A DNA stretch of 64,000 bases, taken from an uncultured Gammaproteobacteria bacterium (GTDB lineage Bacteria > Pseudomonadota > Gammaproteobacteria > Chromatiales > Chromatiaceae). Shown here piece by piece: positions 30,194 to 40,750 of this stretch (its first letter is position 1; every line of letters starts with the position of its first letter). The translations under genes were made by a program, and so were the position numbers. The notes beneath the pieces are model-generated. The model was not told where the DNA came from, did no database searches, and saw only the letters and a list, made by a program, of their open reading frames with translations. The stretch covers positions 88,445 through 152,444 of the forward strand of contig CAVPXP010000021.1 of the NCBI GenBank assembly GCA_963709645.1. The letters are read 5' to 3'.

Positions 30194-32107
30194 ATGAAGA
30201 TGCTTGAGCAGTGCCGAGTTGCCTGGGTCGCCGTCCTCGGTCTTGTGCTGGTGGCGCCCTCTGCCACCCTTCTGGCGGGGGATCTGCGTGCCCACTTCGA
30301 CCGCCGCCAGGTCCACGAGGGCGACACCCTTACGCTAACCATCGAGAAGGACGGAACAGGGCCCGCAGGGTCACCGGACCTCTCGCCGCTGAAAGGCGAC
30401 TTCGATGTCCTGGGGACCAGCAGCGGAACCCAGATCCGCATCGTCAATGGGGCCCGCAGCGACACGACCAGTTGGCAGGTGACCCTAGCCCCCAAGCGCG
30501 CGGGGGTCCTGACGGTCCCGGCTATCGCCGTCGGTTCCGACAGCACAGCGCCCCTGACCCTGACCGTGAGCGCCGTACCCCAGGGGGCCCTGGGCAACCC
30601 TGGGGACGACGTCTTCGTGGACCTGGAGGTGGGCGACGGCGACGAGGTCCAGACGGAGGCTGTCCTGGTTCAGCAGCAGGTGCCCGTGACCGTACGGCTC
30701 TACTCGGCCCGCCCCTTGATTAGCGGGGACCTCAGCGAGCCCAGGGCGGACGACGCCGTGATCTCGAAGCTCGGCGAGGACCGCCAGTACCGCACTCAAC
30801 GCCAGGGCCGCGACTACCAGGTTGTGGAGCGCCGCTACAGCCTCTCCCCGGAGAAGAGCGGCGAGCTGCACATCCCGCCGGTGGTCTTCAAGGGGACCGT
30901 TCGCTCCGCCCAGGGTGTGGGTCAAGGCCGGCGCCGTGGTATCCCCGGCGGTGCCTTCGACGACCCGGGCTTTGATCGCTTCTTCCAGGACCCGGACCTG
31001 GACCGGCTTTTCGGCAACGCCTTTGGCGGTCGGGACCCCTTTGGGATGTTCGAGCGCGGAGACCCGGTGCGCGCTCAGAGCAAGGGGGCAGATCTCCGGG
31101 TCAGGGCCCGCCCCGAGGGTGTGGCTGGCAGCCACTGGCTCCCGGCCCAGGACCTGACCATCACGGACTCCTGGAGCGCGGAGCCTCCGCAGATGCGGGT
31201 CGGCGAGCCGGTCACCCGGACCTTGACGCTGACGGCCAAGGGCCTGGCCGGGGTCCAGGTGCCGGAGGTCAGTCTACCCGGGGTGGATGGGTTAAGGGTC
31301 TATCCGGAACAGGCGGAGGCAGAGACACGCACCGACGGTGAGACGGTTTTCGGGGTTAGCCGCCAGACCTTCACCCTGATCCCAAGCCGGGCCGGACCGC
31401 TCGCCATCCCTGAGGTCAAGGTGACCTGGTGGGACACTGCTGCCCAGCAGGAGCGGGTGGCGACCCTGCCGGCCTGGAACCTCCAGGCGGAGGGGGCCTC
31501 GGCTGGGACGACACCCCAGAACGCGACGGTGCCCGCTGAAGCTGAGCCCTCCGCCGCGCCGACGACGGCCTCCGCTGAGGCCCCGGCCCAGAATTCTGCC
31601 GCAGCCTCTGACGCTACGCCGGCCTACCTGCGCCCGAAGTTTCTGGCCGGTGCGGTCTTGGTCCTGCTCGGGGTTCTGGGTGCCGCGTTCCTCTGGCAGC
31701 GGCGCAGAGGGTCAATGCCAACACCAGCCACGGCAAAGCCGGAGGCCAGCGGCATGAGCAAGGGATCCTCGCCGCCCCGGGCGGTAGATCTGCCGGCGGT
31801 CAAGCGGGCCATGCGCGATGCTTGCGAAGCCAACGACCCCCAGGCCGCAGCCAAGGCCCTGCTCTGCTGGGCCGAGGTGGTCTGGCCAGAGGCCCCGCCG
31901 CGCAGCCTGGGGGCCCTGGCGGTGAGCATCACCCCGGCCGCGCTGGAGCCCCTCAAGGCGCTGGAGGTTCGGCTCTATGCCCAAGCGGGCGACACCTGGG
32001 ACGGAGCGCCCCTCTGGGAGGCGATAAAGGATGGGTTGGCACCAGCGGGGCGCCGAGATGGCCGGGCGGCCGAGGGCCTCGCGCCCCTCTACCCGGTGCG
32101 GGGCTGA
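30194..32107 (+). CDS. BatD-family protein
   Basis: MKMLEQ... signal peptide. BatD pattern RRQVHEGDTLTLTIE...TSWQVTLAPKRAGVLTVPAI...YSLSPEKSGELHIPPVVF... with a C-terminal TM. Last gene of the MoxR/Bat operon. Confidence 0.8.
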   Translation: MKMLEQCRVAWVAVLGLVLVAPSATLLAGDLRAHFDRRQVHEGDTLTLTIEKDGTGPAGSPDLSPLKGDFDVLGTSSGTQIRIVNGARSDTTSWQVTLAPKRAGVLTVPAIAVGSDSTAPLTLTVSAVPQGALGNPGDDVFVDLEVGDGDEVQTEAVLVQQQVPVTVRLYSARPLISGDLSEPRADDAVISKLGEDRQYRTQRQGRDYQVVERRYSLSPEKSGELHIPPVVFKGTVRSAQGVGQGRRRGIPGGAFDDPGFDRFFQDPDLDRLFGNAFGGRDPFGMFERGDPVRAQSKGADLRVRARPEGVAGSHWLPAQDLTITDSWSAEPPQMRVGEPVTRTLTLTAKGLAGVQVPEVSLPGVDGLRVYPEQAEAETRTDGETVFGVSRQTFTLIPSRAGPLAIPEVKVTWWDTAAQQERVATLPAWNLQAEGASAGTTPQNATVPAEAEPSAAPTTASAEAPAQNSAAASDATPAYLRPKFLAGAVLVLLGVLGAAFLWQRRRGSMPTPATAKPEASGMSKGSSPPRAVDLPAVKRAMRDACEANDPQAAAKALLCWAEVVWPEAPPRSLGALAVSITPAALEPLKALEVRLYAQAGDTWDGAPLWEAIKDGLAPAGRRDGRAAEGLAPLYPVRG

Positions 32108-32233
32108 CGCAGAGCCCAGCCGGTCCTTGCCTGGCCGCATCGCCAACCGGCCACCGTCATAGGATCGACCACTCGCACATCCCGGCCGGGGCGCAGGAAG
32201 GCCCCGATCACGTCGAGCCGAAAGCCGAGGCGG

Positions 32234-33001
32234 CTAATGCCGGGAATCCGTGGGGGCCAGGAAGTCGATGACCACGGTGGTCACATTGTCCCGGCCGCCT
32301 CGGTCGCACGCCTGTTGGACCAGCGACTTGGCGCAGTCGGCGGGTGGGATCTGGTCTAGGGCGGCGGTCAGGGCCTCGTGGTCGAGCTCGCGGAACAAGC
32401 CGTCGCTGCAGAGCAGATAACGGTCGCCGGCTCTGAGTCGCTCGATCTTGCCATCCACTTCCACGGGGGTGTCGCTGCCGATTGCGCGCAGCAGCACGTT
32501 GGACAGGGCGTGGCCTTCTGACCACTCGGGCGAGAGCAGCTCCGCGTCGATCATAGCCTGGACCTGACTGTGATCGGTGGTGAGCTGGGTCAGTACGCCA
32601 TCGCGCAGCCGGTAGGCGCGGCTGTCGCCCACCCAGAGCATCGCGCAGTGCCCGCCGACTGCAAGCAGGGTGACGACGGTGCTGCCGATGATGTCGCCGT
32701 CCAGCAGGGCGGCTGCCCGGTCCAGCAGCGCCTGGTTCACTCTGCGGAGTATCCCGCGGACTTCCCTCGCTGCCGAGCCCAGCCGCCTGGGATGCGGGAG
32801 CTGCGCCAGCCCCTCGACGATGGCGTGGCTGGCCAGGGCGCCGTCGCTGTGGCCCCCCATGCCGTCAGCCACCGCCCACAAACCGAGGTCCGGGCGGTCC
32901 AGATAGGCATCCTGGTTGACGGTACGGACGCATCCCGTGTTGGTGGCCGCTGCCGAGACCCAGCGCAGGGCTGCAGGCCCAGGCCCGTGGGAGGCGGCCA
33001 T
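32234..33001 (-). CDS. pppA: PP2C-family Ser/Thr phosphatase, T6SS-associated (PppA/TagG)
   Basis: TNTGCVRTVNQDAY...WAVADGMGGHSDG...CSDGL...GGRDNVTTVVI. Start overlaps the tagF stop. Confidence 0.88.
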   Translation of the reverse strand: MAASHGPGPAALRWVSAAATNTGCVRTVNQDAYLDRPDLGLWAVADGMGGHSDGALASHAIVEGLAQLPHPRRLGSAAREVRGILRRVNQALLDRAAALLDGDIIGSTVVTLLAVGGHCAMLWVGDSRAYRLRDGVLTQLTTDHSQVQAMIDAELLSPEWSEGHALSNVLLRAIGSDTPVEVDGKIERLRAGDRYLLCSDGLFRELDHEALTAALDQIPPADCAKSLVQQACDRGGRDNVTTVVIDFLAPTDSRH

Positions 33002-33738
33002 CAGGCTGGGCCGAGCCGCAGCCAGCCGCGGTTGGCCCAGTCTCCGGTCAGGAGCGCCGGGAAGCCATCGGGGGCGGGCAGACCCTGACAGGCCAGCAGG
33101 GATGGAGTGACCCGCTCAGACCCCGTGGTCCACCACAAACTGTAGGCAAAGAAGACCTCATCGAGGGCGCGCGCCACCAGCACCGGGCAGGCCTGCGGCA
33201 GTTGGGCCGCTGTGGGGACCTCGATTTGCCATGCATTCAGCTCTCCGGGGTCCGCTGTCTCGCCAGACGGGGAAGCGACCTGTGTTTGCGTACACCCGAG
33301 GGCCAGGACCTGGGCGTCGAACTCGGTCAGGTCGAACCCCTCGTCCAGACCGGCGAGGGCAACCGCCTCGGCGCGCTCGAACCAGTCGGGCGTGCACAGA
33401 GCCACGAAGGGGTTGGTCCCCGGGGCCAGGGGACAGGCGAGGGTCAGCGGAAAGTAACGCCCCACGCGGTCGACGCTCGGCATCAGGACGCCGGTCCAGC
33501 CTGTCTGCCCGGCAATCCCGGGGCTAAGCGCGAAGCGCCAGATTGGGCTGGTCAGATAGTGGTCAAGCCATGCTTGATCCAGCTGGGCCTTGCTGGCGGC
33601 CACGGACTCCCGGAGCCATAGGTCCCACGGCTGGACAAACTGCGTCGGCAGTCGGCGCGTCACGAAGTCGCCCAGGCTCGGCAGCTTGCCGTAGAAACCG
33701 GCTGCGCCCCCCTCGGAACGGGTGTCGATCTGGCTCAT
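33001..33738 (-). CDS. tagF: type VI secretion-associated protein TagF (DUF2094)
   Basis: GFYGKLPSLGDFVTRRLPTQFVQPWDLWL...SPIWRFALSPG...MPSVDRVGRYFPLTL. Confidence 0.88.
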   Translation of the reverse strand: MSQIDTRSEGGAAGFYGKLPSLGDFVTRRLPTQFVQPWDLWLRESVAASKAQLDQAWLDHYLTSPIWRFALSPGIAGQTGWTGVLMPSVDRVGRYFPLTLACPLAPGTNPFVALCTPDWFERAEAVALAGLDEGFDLTEFDAQVLALGCTQTQVASPSGETADPGELNAWQIEVPTAAQLPQACPVLVARALDEVFFAYSLWWTTGSERVTPSLLACQGLPAPDGFPALLTGDWANRGWLRLGPA

Positions 33739-33748
33739 GGGGCGGGAC

Positions 33749-36700
33749 TCACAGGCGCTCCGGGCAGCGGAAGCCGCGGAGCTCGTCGAGTTGGAAGGGG
33801 TTGCGTACGCTCGCCGCCCGCAGGTCGAAATCCGCCGACATCCCGGACAGCGAGAATCGCACCTTGAACAGCTCCTCCTGGCTGGTGGCCTGCATCCTGG
33901 CGCGGTCGAGCATTCGGAACCAGGCCCAAGAGCCCTCCTCGGTCACGCTAGGCTCTTTGCCTTCCAAGCCGACGAACACGAGGCGTACCCGTCCGACACC
34001 GTCGGGAGATGGCCATTGCAGGCTTTGGGCATTCAGCGGGCCGTGCCGGTAGTCCACGATCTGGCCACCGATATCCAGGATGAACTGGCTCACATCGGCG
34101 TCCATGCGTGTGGGGGTCAGCTGGAAGGTCACTGACGGGACCTTGCCGCCTCCCGCGAAAAAAGCCTCGCGGATCGTCGCTGCACGCTGGAACTGGACCA
34201 GGACTGCGTCCGGGATGCCGATGCCGCCGCCTGCCCAGCGCCAGGTCCGGCGGGAGGTGTCCGCGATTTGACTCAAATGCTCGGAAAAGAAGGTGTCCAG
34301 CAGGCCGGCTGGTCCGAACAGCCGGGCGAAGTCAAAGGGCGTGGTCTCTCGGCGGCTGCCTCGCTCGAAGGGGTAGCGGCCGTTGATGGCCTCGCGGCAG
34401 AAGGGCAGGACCTGGGACGTCCAGAGGTTGTTGATCTTTGCCCGTGCGCCACCCGCGATCAGGGTCGCGCTGTCCTGGGTGAGGGTGGCGATGAGTCCGC
34501 CCACCGGCTGCGGCAGTCGGGCGGCGGTCTGTCGCGCCTCTTGGATCTCCTTGCCCTCGCCGGCCGTCAGCGTGCTGCGGCCGCTGGAGACCGCGGCGGC
34601 GACGGAGCTGAGGTGCAGCTGCAACTGGGCGAGCTGCTGCTGGACCGCATCGAAAGGGGCGGGCTTGTCCCCGCTGCCGCGGACCAGGTCCCGCAGCCAG
34701 GCGAAGCGGCGGCTCACATAGACCTCGGGGGCCTCCTGGCTCGGGGCCGCACCGGGCTGCTCGTCGCCGAAATAGCGCTCCACGCGCTGCTTCAGGCCAC
34801 CCAGCGCCTCGCCCGCCTTTTTCAGGGTGCCAGCCCCCTTGTCAGACGCCGTGCTCGAGCCGGCACCAGCCTCCGGAGCGCGGTCGAGTTCGGTCTCGTC
34901 CGCCGCGGCCGAAAGCAGCCGCCGCAGGGGGGAGTCCTTCGTATCCGCCAGGATCCGCGCGATCTCTGCCGCGTGCTGGATGTCGCGGGCCGGCACGAGT
35001 CCGATGTCCTTGAGCATTCCGTCCCATTGCTCCACATAGTCCTGGAGATAGCGGTCTCGGACCTCGCCGATGAGCCGCTGGGCCTCGGGGGTCCCCGGCT
35101 TCACCCGCGCCTGGGGTCCCAGCACCCACGCCTCCTCCGCGGCGGCCCCAATGAGCCGGTCTGTAGCGGCGTGGAAGCCACGGTGGTAGCCGGCATAGGT
35201 GTAGATGGCCGGGATCCCCTGGGTCATCGATTTGCCGCTTGGGCGGGTGAGGACAAGGATTGAGAGATCGCCGGCGGCACCGGCGATGGTGAAGTCGGGT
35301 ATGTCGCTGCCGACGCCCTCGCGCTGGAGTCGGGCATAGATCCGGGAGGCCAGGGGCGCGTTGTTGAGGACGTCCCGGGCGCTCTTAATCAGCCGGTCGT
35401 CCAGGGCGAGGGGAAGCGGGCTTGGAGGCTCCTCCAGCAGGGCCGCCAGGTGTCCTGCGCAGGGCTGCCTGCTGCTCGGTGGTGGTCCCGCGCGGCAGGC
35501 TGTGCTCCCAGTCCCGGGTGACCCAGAGCTGGACCGCGGCGGGGTCGTAGCGGTCGGCGTCGTCCAGCATCAGATAGATGCGCAGCGCGTCGTAGAGATA
35601 CTCCGGGTTCGGCTGGCACCCTGGCGGATCTGGTCCTCCAGCCGAGCATGACGCGGGGCAGCAGGGCCTTGTGGAGCAGTCGGCGGTAGGCCCGCGTGGC
35701 CTGGGAGCCGAGCTTGTCGCCCTGGTAGAGTCCCAGTCCCATGGACCAGGGGGCACCGGCGCCCTGGTCCGCGTAGCCGCCCGGAATCGCGCGGGCGGCA
35801 TCCAGGAGCGGCAGCACGCCGAGCGGGTCGCGGTCCTCGCGGTGTCAGGACCTCGATCCGGCGTCTCGATGTCAGCCGTCCGACCCCGCCACCGTCGGCG
35901 ACATAGGACCGATTTCGGGAGTAGCTGGTGGTCCAGGCGGCGGCGGCCAGCAGGGCGATACCGGCGGCGCTCGCGTAGGCGCCCCGGCGCAGCCAGCAGC
36001 CGGCGGCGCTCCAGGCGCGGGTCGAGTCCGGCGAGTCCGGCCTCCGGGAATACGACTTCGCCGCAGCAGCCGGGTGACGAAGAAGCTCTTGGCGGTCCCG
36101 GTGAAGGGTGCCGGTGCCCTGACGGCCGAGGCCGAAATTGGCGGCGATGGCACCCAGCACCCGGTCGATGGGCGTGCCGGTCTGGGTGCCGCTGGTGAAA
36201 TAGACACCCCGCACCAAGGGCCGTTCCTCGAAACGGCTCGGGGCGAAGGTCGCGTCCAGGAACTGCCCGACGGTCTCGCCGAGGGAGCCGAACTGACGGG
36301 GGAAGCTGAACACCAGGCCGCGCTTTCCGTGGATCCCGCTCCTGCTGCATGCGCGCGAGCAGCCGCTGGTCCAGACGCTCCACGAGGGCGCGGTGCTCGG
36401 TGGCGAAGGCGGCCATCGGCCCCGCGCCGGGTCTGGCCATGCTAGGTGCGCCGACGGCCATGGACGGGCTCGCATCGCGGGATGCAGGAGCCGACAGCGA
36501 CGAGGGAGCGGTGCTGGCCGGCCGTCGTCGTAGCGGGAAGGTCATGCCCCAGACCTGCCCACGCTCCTCCTGGCCCAGGTCGGCGAAGAACTCCGTGAAG
36601 CCGGCCACCAGGTCGGCCTTCATGAACAGGACGTAGACGGGGCAGCGGATCTTGAAGGTCGTGTAGAGCTCCTGGACCCGCGCCCGGATGGCCCGGGCAT

Positions 36701-37432
36701 GGGCGTCGCGCTCTGCCTGGGACTGCTGCATCAGGTCCGACAGGCTGATCGCGACCAGGACGCCGTTGATGGGCCGGCGCGGCCGATGCTTCTTCAGCAG
36801 GCCCAGAAAGCCGGCCCAGGCGGCGCTGTCCACCTCGGCATAGCTGTCCTGGGTGGTATAGCGCCCGGCGGTGTCCAGCAGCACCGCCTCGTCGGTGAAC
36901 CACCAGTCGCAGTTGCGGGTGCCGCCGATGCCGTGGATGGCGTCCTGGCCGAATTGCTCGGCCAGCGGGAAGCGCAGCCCGGAGTTGACCAGCGCGGTGG
37001 TCTTGCCGCACCCGGGCGGGCCGATGATCAGGTACCAGGGGAGCTGGTAGACCCATTGGCCGCCCAGCCGACGCCGGCCTTCGCTGCGCCTTGAGCACCC
37101 CCATGGCCTCGTCGAACCGCTGGCGCAGCGCCTCAACCTCGTCTGCGGAGGCGACCCGAGCCGGGTCGGGGGCCGCGTCCGGACCGCCGGCGAGCTGCTC
37201 CATGAGCCGGCGGTTGCGCATCCGGGCCAGCGATGGCGGAGACGATCTGGTACAGGGTCCAGCTCCCGAACAGGGTGCCGATGACCCACCAGCGCACGGT
37301 CTCGGAGGCCAGGGGCTCCCGCCCGGCGAATCCGAACAGGGGCCCGACGAACCACACGAGGGCGGCCACCGCCGCGGTTCCGATCAGGGTCAGGAACCAG
37401 CGCGCGCCAAGAAAACCGAACAGTCGCTTCAT
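33749..37432 (-). pseudogene. tssM: T6SS membrane-complex protein TssM (IcmF), at least 8 frameshifts between about 35400 and 37250
   Basis: Start MKRLFGFLGARWFLTLIGTAAVAALVWFVGP (37432). Walker A YLIIGPPGCGKTTAL, then RNCDWWFTDEAVLLDTAGRYTTQD. Fragments in all three frames follow; the C-terminal 492 aa (33749..35227) are intact. Confidence 0.85.
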
Positions 37433-38868
37433 GATGTGGCGGCCCCGGCCGTTGCAGAGGCGCGGGTCCGCGCGGGCATTAGGGTGATCTCCACCCGGCG
37501 GTTCCTGGCGTCCCTGGGATTCTCCGGGACCCGCGGCTCGGTGTCGGCGCGGCCCTCAGTGACGAAGCGGCCCTGGTTTGCTGCTCGTGACCTCGATGAG
37601 CATGGTCGTGACTGACTCCGCGCGGGCTTGCGACAGGTGCCAATTCGACGGGAACTTGAGGCTCTTGATGGGGGCGCTGTCGGAGTGCCCGGTGACCAGT
37701 ACTCGCCCCGGCAGTTGCCCGAGGGCCTCGCCGATGCGCCGGATCACGGGCACAAAGTTGGGCTGGAGGTCGGCTCGGGCGGAGGCAAAGAGGCCGTCGC
37801 CCCGGATGATGACGGTCTGACCCTCGGGCCCGTCCACCACCTCCAGCCGTCCCGCGGCGATGTCGTCCGCAAGCAGAATGCGCAGCGTGATCGGCGGCGG
37901 TGCTGCTGGCTTCGGCTCGGGCTCTACTGGGGGTGAGACGGGTGGGGGCTCCACCCGGGGTATGGAGGCGACGGGGCGTTCCGGCATGGGCGGCAAGCCG
38001 CTTGTCGAGGGTGCTCAGGGACAGGAACACGGGGTCGGAGTCCCGGCTCAGCGCGAAGGTAAAGGCCGCGAACAGCGCCGAGCAGCAGGAGGCTCGGCCA
38101 GGCCGGCGAAGACCCACAGCGGGACCTGGTGGATCAAGGGGTCGCGACGCTCGGTGATCCCCCGCCAATGGGGCGAGAGCTCCCGCTCGGGCTCGCCCCG
38201 CTGGGTGCGTATGGTCTGGAAGAGTTGCTCGCGCACCCGCTCCAATTGGTCGCGGCCGCCGTCGCGTACCCGGTAGCGGCCCTCGAAGCCCAGGGCGAGG
38301 CAGAGGTACATGAGCTCCAGCAGGTGCAGGTTGCCGCTCGGGAATGCCAGCAGACGATCGAGCGCGTCGTAGAACTTCTCGCCGCCCCAGGTCTCGTTGT
38401 GGAAGCTGATCAGAAGCCCCGCTTGGCCCAGACGCTCTGGCTGCCCCAGGGGGTATCCAGCACCGACTCGTCCACCAGGGCACAGAGCACATAGCGGGCC
38501 GGCAGGACGATCGAGTCGGTGAACCCCTTGGCCCGGGCGCACTGCTCGAACTCGCGCATCTGGCCGATCAGCCGCTCGCGTAAGCCCGTCTGGGTCCGGG
38601 TGGGAGGCCGTGCCGCGCAATTGGCCCGCGACGGTGAGCAGGTTCGTGGCGCAGGCCACCAGCGGGTTGTCGGTGGTTGCACCCGGCAACGTACCGCTCA
38701 GGGCAGGATCCGGCGGGCGGTGTTGCAGGCTGGGCAGGGCCCGGGGGGGCGGCTGGGCCTGGCAGGATACCGGACGAGGTGCCGCCGGGCCGGCGGCCCC
38801 CCGGCATGGGCCGGATCACGGTGGGGCCCCCGTCGCCGCGGATTGAAGAAGGGATCGTCTTCGGTCAC
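37429..38868 (-). pseudogene. tssL: T6SS TssL (DotU) with C-terminal OmpA/MotB-like peptidoglycan-binding domain, several frameshifts
   Basis: GTG 38868 lies 3 nt after the tssK stop. DotU motifs NPLVACATNLLTVAGQLRG, ARYVLCALVDESVL, LELMYLCLALGFEGRYR. OmpA-like LVTGHSDSAPIKSLKFPSNWHLSQARAESV ... GRADTEPRVPENPRDARNRRVEITL. Stop overlaps the tssM ATG. Confidence 0.8.
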
Positions 38869-38871
38869 GGG

Positions 38872-40211
38872 TTACTCCCGGATCGCCCAGAGCTCGAGTT
38901 GAAGACCCGGAAACTCGCCGCCGATGTGCAGGCCGAACCCGCCGCTCGCAGCGAGCTGCTTCCAGAAGTCGCTCGGTGCGATCCAGCTCGAAATAGTCGA
39001 ACCCCGCAGTGGTAGGGGATCTCCAGCGGGGCCGTGGGCATGGGCCGCAGCGCGATGCCCGGCAGGGCCAGCTTGACCAGCTCCTGAATCTTGTCGATCG
39101 GCCCGATCTTGATCTGCGCCGGGAAGCGGTTGCGCAGCACCTGGGAGTCCACCTGGGCCTGCGCCGCCAGCACGAAGCGGGCGCTGGCGAGCAGCGAGCC
39201 GGTCCGCCACCAGGGCAACCCGAAAGCCGTACTTGCGTTCTTGGATGGGGATCGGTATCGCCCGCTCCACGGTCTCCCGGCTGAGATACTCGCGCAGCCG
39301 ATCGATCAGGGGGCTGAAGGTCGCCTCCAGGTCGTCGTGCCGGTAAGGTGGGAAGTCTGGCGGGCGCTTGGCATCACTGGCAAAGGTCGCCAGATCCCCG
39401 GCAAGCGCCAGCAGGGTGCGGTACAGGGCCTCCGGGTGGAGACCCTGGATTCTCGCCAGATGGATCGACGACGGGCTCGGCGCGATTGATCAGCTGCAGC
39501 AGGAGAAAGTCTGCCCAGTCGGACACACCGCCGCGGCCCACACCGCGCACCCGCCCGGCCCTGGATTCGGCCTGGCGGTGCAGCAGGCCCTGAAGTTCGT
39601 CGACGAAGGCGGCGAGCCGACCGGAGGCCCGGTAGTCGATACAGGGGGGGATGTAGGCGCTGTCGAGGACTGCCTGGCGGTCCGCCCGGCACTCCAGGAC
39701 GCGCGCCAGGCCGCAACAGGCGAACCCGTCCCGGGCGTCCCGGTCCCGCAGCAGGCGAAGGTCCAGGCGGCCGACCTCCATCAGGGTCTCGGTGCCCGGA
39801 CCCAGGGTGTTGTCCCGCACGGTGAGCTCACCGGCTCGATAGCGCAGCATGGTCTCGCGGGGCATCGGGCCCACCGCTCTCCGTTGCCCCAGGGCGGCCC
39901 AGCGGCAGGGCCAGGTAGACGATCTGACCCGCAGCGTCGTCCCCAAGGTCTAGGGGCGGCGGCAGGGGGTCGCTGGTGGGGGCGTCGAAGGGGGTGCCGT
40001 CGGGCAGGATGCCGGCACAGTCGGTGACGGCCAGTTTGCCCAGGGCCAGCAGGTCCTGGTCGATGGAGAGCCGCTTGAGCCCCCACGGATAGGGGGTGCC
40101 GATCCCAGCCTGAGCGCGGGTCAGCCGTTCGAGATAGCGGTCGTGCTGCTGAAAGTGATGAGGCTGCAGAAAGAGCCCCTCGGACCACAGCACCCGATTG
40201 TCCCAGGACAT
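38872..40211 (-). pseudogene. tssK: T6SS baseplate protein TssK, several frameshifts
   Basis: MSWDNRVLWSEGLFLQPHHFQQHDRYLE (hallmark N-terminus). The fragments 39374..39946, 38872..39270 and 38865..39218 continue the protein and end GGFGLHIGGEFPGLQLELWAIRE. Confidence 0.82.
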
Positions 40212-40222
40212 GGTCCGCCCCC

Positions 40223-40723
40223 TCAGCGCGGCTGGGCGCGGATGGCTTTGGGTCCTACCGCGACGTCGAGGTTGTTATCCTTGCCGTCGACGAGCGGAAC
40301 CAGGGCACGCCAGGTGGCGCGGTCGATGTCTCTGAACGCCCCGAGGACCCCCAGATAGCGGGCCTGCGGATTCAGCGGCTTGACGATTTGGCGCATCTGG
40401 CCGGGCGCTAGGGTAAGCTCCTCGCGAGCGATCAGCTCCCCGCCCAGGGCTTTTGCCTCCCGGTCATAAAGGCTGTAGAAGTCCGCCCCGCTGAAGGCCC
40501 CCTGGGCCTTGAGCTCGTAGAGGCGAACCACGATGGGTAGGCCCTGACCCGCAGGGCCTCGGTTGGCGTCTGCGGCCGCCGCGACGTCGACTCGCAATAC
40601 CGGGGCCGGCGCCGGGGGCTTGTCCTCCTTCGGCGGCTTTCCGCCGCAGGCCGGGAGGGTTGTCAGTGCGACTGCGGCCACCAGACTAAACAACAGCCGA
40701 CTGACTCGAATTGATTGTTCCAT
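40223..40723 (-). CDS. tssJ: T6SS lipoprotein TssJ
   Basis: Lipobox LTTLPAC. PIVVRLYELK...F..ADFYSLY pattern typical of TssJ. Confidence 0.85.
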   Translation of the reverse strand: MEQSIRVSRLLFSLVAAVALTTLPACGGKPPKEDKPPAPAPVLRVDVAAAADANRGPAGQGLPIVVRLYELKAQGAFSGADFYSLYDREAKALGGELIAREELTLAPGQMRQIVKPLNPQARYLGVLGAFRDIDRATWRALVPLVDGKDNNLDVAVGPKAIRAQPR

Positions 40724-40750
40724 GCGTTAGATCCCCGTTGTCGGTAGAGT